This document shows, piece after piece, positions 59,079 to 64,000 of a stretch of DNA of 64,000 nt (positions within the stretch are counted from its first letter, which is position 1; each line of letters starts with the position of its first letter). The position numbers and the translations under genes were made by a program. The notes beneath the pieces were generated by a model. That model worked only from the letters and a program-made list of their open reading frames with translations. It ran no database searches and was not told where the DNA came from. This DNA comes from a virus: the IMG/VR virus record IMGVR_UViG_3300017917_003859, positions 32,001-96,000 of that record. One strand, 5' to 3'.

Positions 59079-59582
59079 ATGGAAAACAAATACATACCTT
59101 TTATCTCTGAGGTAGAAGAATTTAATGAAACAATGGGTAAAGGATGGCAAAATCGTACTACACCAACAATTAATAAAGTAGATGCTGATTTTGTAATTAA
59201 TTTTATTCAAGAAGAACTTGATGAATTAAAAGAAGCAGTTGAAGAAAATGATATTGTAGGAGTATTTGATGCTATTTTAGATATTACTTATGTAGGATTA
59301 GGAAATGGGGCTTTAGTATTTGGATTAAAAGATAAAATATTAGATGGATATGCTGAAGTACAAGCATCTAATATGTCTAAACTTTGCAAATCAGAAGAAG
59401 AAGCACGTTTAACAGTTATTAAGCGCTCTGAAGAACAAGGTCGCCCGTGTCATTATGTAAAAGTAGGAGACAATTGGATTGTATATAGAGATGATAAAAA
59501 AATTATGAAAAGTTTAAACTATTTTCCTCCAAACCTAAACCAATTTTTTACAGAGGATGAAATAAATTCATGTAAAAAATAG
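59079..59582 (+). CDS. MazG-like/PRA-PH all-alpha NTP pyrophosphatase
   Basis: IQEELDEL..DAILDITYV..EVQASNMSK. Confidence 0.8.
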   Translation: MENKYIPFISEVEEFNETMGKGWQNRTTPTINKVDADFVINFIQEELDELKEAVEENDIVGVFDAILDITYVGLGNGALVFGLKDKILDGYAEVQASNMSKLCKSEEEARLTVIKRSEEQGRPCHYVKVGDNWIVYRDDKKIMKSLNYFPPNLNQFFTEDEINSCKK

Positions 59583-59624
59583 ATCTCTTATATATTTATT
59601 ATCGATAACTAGATAGTAAAATAT

Positions 59625-60347
59625 ATGACAAAAATTTATTTAATTGAAAACTGTTTTGGAGATCCAAACAAAGTATATATTGGGAAAACCATTAATAGTA
59701 GATATAATCCTCACAAATATATATTTGGAGAAAATATCAAATATACTATTATAGATGAAATTAATTCTTTAGATAAAAAAGATTGGAAACCTTTAGAGTG
59801 TTATTGGATTGAACAATTTAAACAGTGGAATTTTAATGTTTTAAATAAAAATAAAGGAGGAAGTGGTCCTTCTTATTTAGATGAAGAACAAAGAAAAAAT
59901 TTAAGAGTTCCTAAAAAGAATAAAGAAAAATATTCATATCCTAAAACTCAATGTTTTATAAATTCTGTAAAGGGAAAACACAAAATTCACCCTGAAAGTA
60001 GAAATAGGAATATAAGTCAATCTTTAAAAGGATATAAACAAACAGAAGAACATATTGAAAAAAGAATTAAAAAATTAAAAAATAAACCCAATATAAAAAA
60101 TCGAAAACCAAAACCAGAAGGATTTGGAAAAATTATTAGTGAAAAGTTGAAAGGAAAAAAACATGATTTTACATCAAAACCTATTATTCAATATGATTTG
60201 AATAAAAATCTTATACAAGAATTTCCTTCCATTACTAATGCATGTGATGTTATATTTAATGATAGATCTAAAAATCCAAATATAACTAAATGTTGTCAAG
60301 GAAAAATAAAAACTGCTTATGGATTTATTTGGAAATATAAAAATTAA
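59625..60347 (+). CDS. GIY-YIG homing endonuclease with NUMOD-type DNA-binding C-terminus
   Basis: IYLI..VYIGKT, E..WI, LN..GG; C-terminal KPIIQYDL..FPSI..CC.GK.KTAYGFIWKY. Confidence 0.85.
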   Translation: MTKIYLIENCFGDPNKVYIGKTINSRYNPHKYIFGENIKYTIIDEINSLDKKDWKPLECYWIEQFKQWNFNVLNKNKGGSGPSYLDEEQRKNLRVPKKNKEKYSYPKTQCFINSVKGKHKIHPESRNRNISQSLKGYKQTEEHIEKRIKKLKNKPNIKNRKPKPEGFGKIISEKLKGKKHDFTSKPIIQYDLNKNLIQEFPSITNACDVIFNDRSKNPNITKCCQGKIKTAYGFIWKYKN

Positions 60348-60382
60348 TTTATATTTTTATTAAAAATTTAAAACTAAAACAC

Positions 60383-62131
60383 TTGTATCAGTCAATTTAC
60401 TACGATCACCAATCATATACTTATTATCTCCGTGATGATGATATGGGTTGGTCTGAATTTAAATATCAACCAACATATTGGAAACGAGTAGATGAATGGC
60501 AAGAAAATGCTCAACCTGTACTGACCGGAGGATGGGCAGTACCAACTAAAAAATATAATAAAGATGATTCTAATTTATTAGAAAAAGATATTGATAAATG
60601 TCTTGTTGTATTACGAGAATTATATTACAAATTAGATGATGTTGTGCCTAAATGGCATAACATTGTTTATTTAGATATTGAAATCGAAATGGGAGGTGCT
60701 TTAACACCTGAATACATCAAAGCTGCACCTATGCCTCTTACATCCATTGCTTTAATTGACATTACCACTAAACAAAAAATATGTTTAATTGTTGATAAAA
60801 CAGGTGAAATTAAAGAAACAAATCAAGATAGCAAACATATTATACCTTGTGGTTCAGAAAAAGAATTAATTAAACGCTTTCTAGATAAATGGGAAGAATT
60901 AGACCCAACAATCATCTGTGGATATAACTCAGAATATTTTGATGTACCTTACTTGTATTTTAGAATTAAACAAGTACTAGGTGAGGATGAAGTATTGCGT
61001 TTATCTCCCATTAAAAAAATTAATTATAGAGAATTTGCTGGTCAAATGCAACTTACTATAGGAGGTGTTAACCATTTAGATTATATGCTTTTACATAAAA
61101 AGTATATTATGAAAGAAGAACCCTCATATAAATTAGGAGATATAGGAACTAAATATGTTAATTTAGGTAAAATAGAGTATGAAGGTAATTTAAATACTTT
61201 ATTTAAAAACGATATAAATAAATTTATAGATTATAACTTACGAGATGTTGAAATTATAGAAGCATTAGAAGGTAAATTAAAATTTATCGACTTAACAATC
61301 ATGATTTCTCATATTTGTAATATACCTTACGAAAGTATTTACTACAATACAGTAATGAATGAAGGTGCTATTTTAAAGTATTTAAGACGTGAAGGCATCA
61401 TTTCACCAAACAAACCAACTACTCATAATCCATCACTTAAAAACATTAAGGAAAGTTATGCTGGTGGTTATTTATTGGAACCTATTCCTGGATTATATTT
61501 TGATGTTATTGATTTAGACTTTACTTCACTATATCCTTCAATTATTAAATCACTTAATTTAGGTATTGAAACATTAGTAGGTAGAATTAAAGTACCTTAC
61601 AATGCTACTTACGAGCAAAATCATAGTTTAGAAAAACTTAAAGAACGCAATCCTGAAGAAGAAATAACTATTGAAAAATTAGACAAAACAAATTATACAC
61701 TTAAATCAGCTAAAATTAAATTAAAAACATTAATTGATATAATTGAAAAAAACAATTACACAATATCTGCTTCAGGTGCTATGTTTGATACTAACGAAAA
61801 AAGTATTGTATCTAAAATATTAGCAGGGTGGTTTGACAAACGAGAGCATTATTGTGGTTTAAAGAAAAAAGCAGGTAAAGCAGAGGATTGGGCCAATTAT
61901 AAATTATATGATTTGTTTCAACATGCTTTTAAAATCTTACAAAACGCAATGTATGGCACATTTGCTATTAATGGATGGAGATACACTGATGGTCATTTGA
62001 TTTGTAGTGCTGCTATTACAAATAGTGGACAAAGATTAACTATGTCTACTATAGATTTTGTAAATGATAAAATAAACAATGAATATTTACAATTAAGTAA
62101 AGATAAGTTAATTACTAAATTTGGTTTATGA
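60383..62131 (+). CDS. Family B DNA polymerase, N-terminal part (exonuclease + motifs A and B); TTG start
   Basis: LDIE, GYNSEYFD, YNLRD exo motifs; DFTSLYPS; KILQNAMYG; ends before DTDS. Confidence 0.9.
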   Translation: MYQSIYYDHQSYTYYLRDDDMGWSEFKYQPTYWKRVDEWQENAQPVLTGGWAVPTKKYNKDDSNLLEKDIDKCLVVLRELYYKLDDVVPKWHNIVYLDIEIEMGGALTPEYIKAAPMPLTSIALIDITTKQKICLIVDKTGEIKETNQDSKHIIPCGSEKELIKRFLDKWEELDPTIICGYNSEYFDVPYLYFRIKQVLGEDEVLRLSPIKKINYREFAGQMQLTIGGVNHLDYMLLHKKYIMKEEPSYKLGDIGTKYVNLGKIEYEGNLNTLFKNDINKFIDYNLRDVEIIEALEGKLKFIDLTIMISHICNIPYESIYYNTVMNEGAILKYLRREGIISPNKPTTHNPSLKNIKESYAGGYLLEPIPGLYFDVIDLDFTSLYPSIIKSLNLGIETLVGRIKVPYNATYEQNHSLEKLKERNPEEEITIEKLDKTNYTLKSAKIKLKTLIDIIEKNNYTISASGAMFDTNEKSIVSKILAGWFDKREHYCGLKKKAGKAEDWANYKLYDLFQHAFKILQNAMYGTFAINGWRYTDGHLICSAAITNSGQRLTMSTIDFVNDKINNEYLQLSKDKLITKFGL

Positions 62132-62153
62132 TATTTATAACAAATACTGGATT

Positions 62154-62795
62154 ATGAAAAAATCACAACTTAGGCAAATAATTAAAGAAGAAATATTTAA
62201 AATATTAAATGAGAATATTTCTAAAATCATAGATAATTTTGAACAAGGACTAATGGTTTATATTATGGATGCATATCAACGATTAGACAATGATGAAGCT
62301 GAGTTATTAGAACTAAATGAATTATATGATTCTATAAATTGGTTTCTTAAAAATACCCCAGAAAAAGAGTTTATAGAATATGAAAAAGAAAATATGGAAT
62401 TTTTTATAAATAATAGATCTCAAATTGAACATTATTTAATAGATAATATAAATGAACCTATTAAAGTTCAATGGCCCGGATTACCAGATGTATTTTATTA
62501 TACTCCATTAGTAAAAAAGAATCAAATCTGGATTAAATTAGGGACTACCCCTAATTCAAAATTAGACCCCAAATATGATTACTACAACCCCAGTGAAGAT
62601 TTAGAGTTCCCTATACGAATTAAAAATAAAGATGATTTTGAAAAATATTCTAAAGAATTAGAGGTAAAAGGGTATTATTGGTATGGAGGAAAACCCCCAT
62701 CATCGTTTAACCCTGCAGAACAAACAAACGGAATAGAATATCCTTTTAAATTATTAAGAATAGATAAAAATTCAAAACAGTTAGGATATAATTAA
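62154..62795 (+). CDS. Inserted protein with MKKSQLRQIIKEE leader
   Basis: ATG 62154, 14 nt after TATTTATA (62132-39); ILNE and INE junctions; lies between the two polB parts. Confidence 0.7.
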   Translation: MKKSQLRQIIKEEIFKILNENISKIIDNFEQGLMVYIMDAYQRLDNDEAELLELNELYDSINWFLKNTPEKEFIEYEKENMEFFINNRSQIEHYLIDNINEPIKVQWPGLPDVFYYTPLVKKNQIWIKLGTTPNSKLDPKYDYYNPSEDLEFPIRIKNKDDFEKYSKELEVKGYYWYGGKPPSSFNPAEQTNGIEYPFKLLRIDKNSKQLGYN

Positions 62796-62819
62796 ACTAA
62801 AATCATTTTAATAAAAGTT

Positions 62820-63701
62820 ATGCAAAATATTATTATAAGCGACACAGATAGTTTATACATCTGTTTAGGCCCTATCTTAGAACATATGCGCTCTCAAGGT
62901 ATCGAAATCAACGACACTAACAAAAATGAGATCATATTAAAATTAGCAAACCAAATACAAGAAGAATCAAACGCTAATTTAGATTCAATTAGTAAAAATT
63001 TATACAACATCACCCCAGGCTCTCACTATTTCCAATTAAAACAAGAAGTAATATGTGCTGGTGTACTTACAACAGGTAAACGTCGTTATGCAATGTATGT
63101 TACTAATAAAGAAGGTGTACCTGTTGAGGAATTAGACATGAAAGGACTTGAATTAATGAAGTCCAACATGAATAAATTATTTAAAAAGTTTGGTGAAGAC
63201 TTAATTAAGAATGTATTGTTTGGTAAACCCAAAAATAAAATAGATAATTCAATAATTGAATTTTACAAATCACTTAAAACATTAGATCCAAGATCACTTG
63301 GTAAACCTACAGGAGTAAAACAAATAGAAGCATATTATGTTCCTGCTCGTGCTGGAGAAATGTTTAGTTCGTTTAAATTAAAAGCCCCAGCTAATACAAA
63401 AGCTGCTGTACGATATAATGATTTGCTTAAATTTAAAAAATTAGATAAAAAATATGAATCTATTATTGAAGGTGATAAAATATTTATTATTAATTTGAAG
63501 AAAAACCCATATAATTTAGAAACAATTGGTTTACCAAATGCTCAAGTACCTAAAGAAATAGAGGAATTTGTTAAAGCATATATTGATATTGAAGAAATAT
63601 TTGAATCATTGTTAGCAAATAAATTGAAGAATTTATATGATGATTTAAAATGGGAGTTTCCTCCTCTTAATTCAAATGTTGGAAAATTCTTTGCCTTTTA
63701 A
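62820..63701 (+). CDS. Family B DNA polymerase, C-terminal part (motif C and thumb)
   Basis: Begins MQNIIISDTDSLYI; KRRYA, KGLE; own AAGTTATG start context. Confidence 0.9.
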   Translation: MQNIIISDTDSLYICLGPILEHMRSQGIEINDTNKNEIILKLANQIQEESNANLDSISKNLYNITPGSHYFQLKQEVICAGVLTTGKRRYAMYVTNKEGVPVEELDMKGLELMKSNMNKLFKKFGEDLIKNVLFGKPKNKIDNSIIEFYKSLKTLDPRSLGKPTGVKQIEAYYVPARAGEMFSSFKLKAPANTKAAVRYNDLLKFKKLDKKYESIIEGDKIFIINLKKNPYNLETIGLPNAQVPKEIEEFVKAYIDIEEIFESLLANKLKNLYDDLKWEFPPLNSNVGKFFAF

Positions 63702-63729
63702 ATTAAATTATTTATATTAAATAAAAGTT

Positions 63730-64000
63730 ATGATACAAAAATTCGAATTACAAGCAATTATCAACAAATATTACCTAAATGGTTTAGTTGAATCTACTAA
63801 ATGGGATGTTAAAGATAATAAATTAAATATTAAATTTACTTCACCTACTAGAGAAATGGTTGGTGAATTAATATGTGATAAATTTCCATTAGAGAATTCA
63901 ACATTTGGTATTATAAATACTTCTCAACTACTTAAATTAATTAATATTACATCAGGAGATGTATTGTTAAGTTTTGTTAAAAATAATAAAATATTTTCAA
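63730..64000 (+). CDS. 3'-truncated ORF, probable sliding clamp (gp45-like)
   Basis: AAGTTATG start after TTTG-N19-TATATTAA; MIQKFELQAIINKYYLNGLVES... open to window end; follows polB. Confidence 0.5.
   Translation, partial: MIQKFELQAIINKYYLNGLVESTKWDVKDNKLNIKFTSPTREMVGELICDKFPLENSTFGIINTSQLLKLINITSGDVLLSFVKNNKIFS

Noticed and set aside
62129-62140. Stop-codon reassignment or read-through of the polB TGA
   Set aside because: An in-frame TAA follows two codons later, the halves are in different frames, and other genes read intact in the standard code.
50011-62153. ORF-track starts at 50011, 52373, 58335 and 62121
   Set aside because: They overlap upstream genes; ATGs at 50056, 52394, 58407 and 62154 fit the promoter motifs and stop-start coupling better.
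62132-62819. Group I intron or split intein rejoining polB
   Set aside because: The gap is AT-rich and almost entirely coding with no intron core; part 1 has no intein N-terminal block and part 2 no His-Asn before its extein. RT-PCR would be the final test.

Overview
A 64-kb, very AT-rich segment of a large contractile-tailed (myovirus-type) dsDNA phage. All credible genes are on the + strand and read in the standard code. Order: T4-like head module (terminase, portal, core proteins, prohead protease, scaffold, major capsid); HNH and PhoH; a two-gene cassette of Bacteroidota T9SS-type secreted proteins; Ser/Thr-rich fibre genes; neck, sheath, tube, chaperones, tape measure and baseplate; then replication and nucleotide metabolism (minimal PolA, SSB, RecA, 5'-3' exonuclease, helicase, NrdB/NrdA, a 7-deazaguanine cluster dpdA-like/queC/queD/queE/folE, MazG-like, GIY-YIG, split PolB, partial sliding clamp). 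A Bacteroidota host is inferred from T9SS C-terminal domains, TTTG-N18-20-TATATT promoters and a general lack of Shine-Dalgarno sites. Most notable: (1) an apparent capsid-cargo system of ORFs and in-frame modules with a shared LRxIIKEE/KLxxLLNE helix and L-x-E prohead-protease-type sites, including an ADP-ribosyltransferase-like gene between nrdB and nrdA and an ORF between the PolB halves; (2) an [S/T]-[G/A]-S tripeptide concentrated in likely surface regions of unrelated virion proteins, a candidate modification sequon; (3) phage-encoded T9SS substrates; (4) a candidate +1 frameshift before the tape measure gene; (5) a three-hairpin element at the structural/replication junction. Functional calls come from motif recognition and synteny only; no searches were run.
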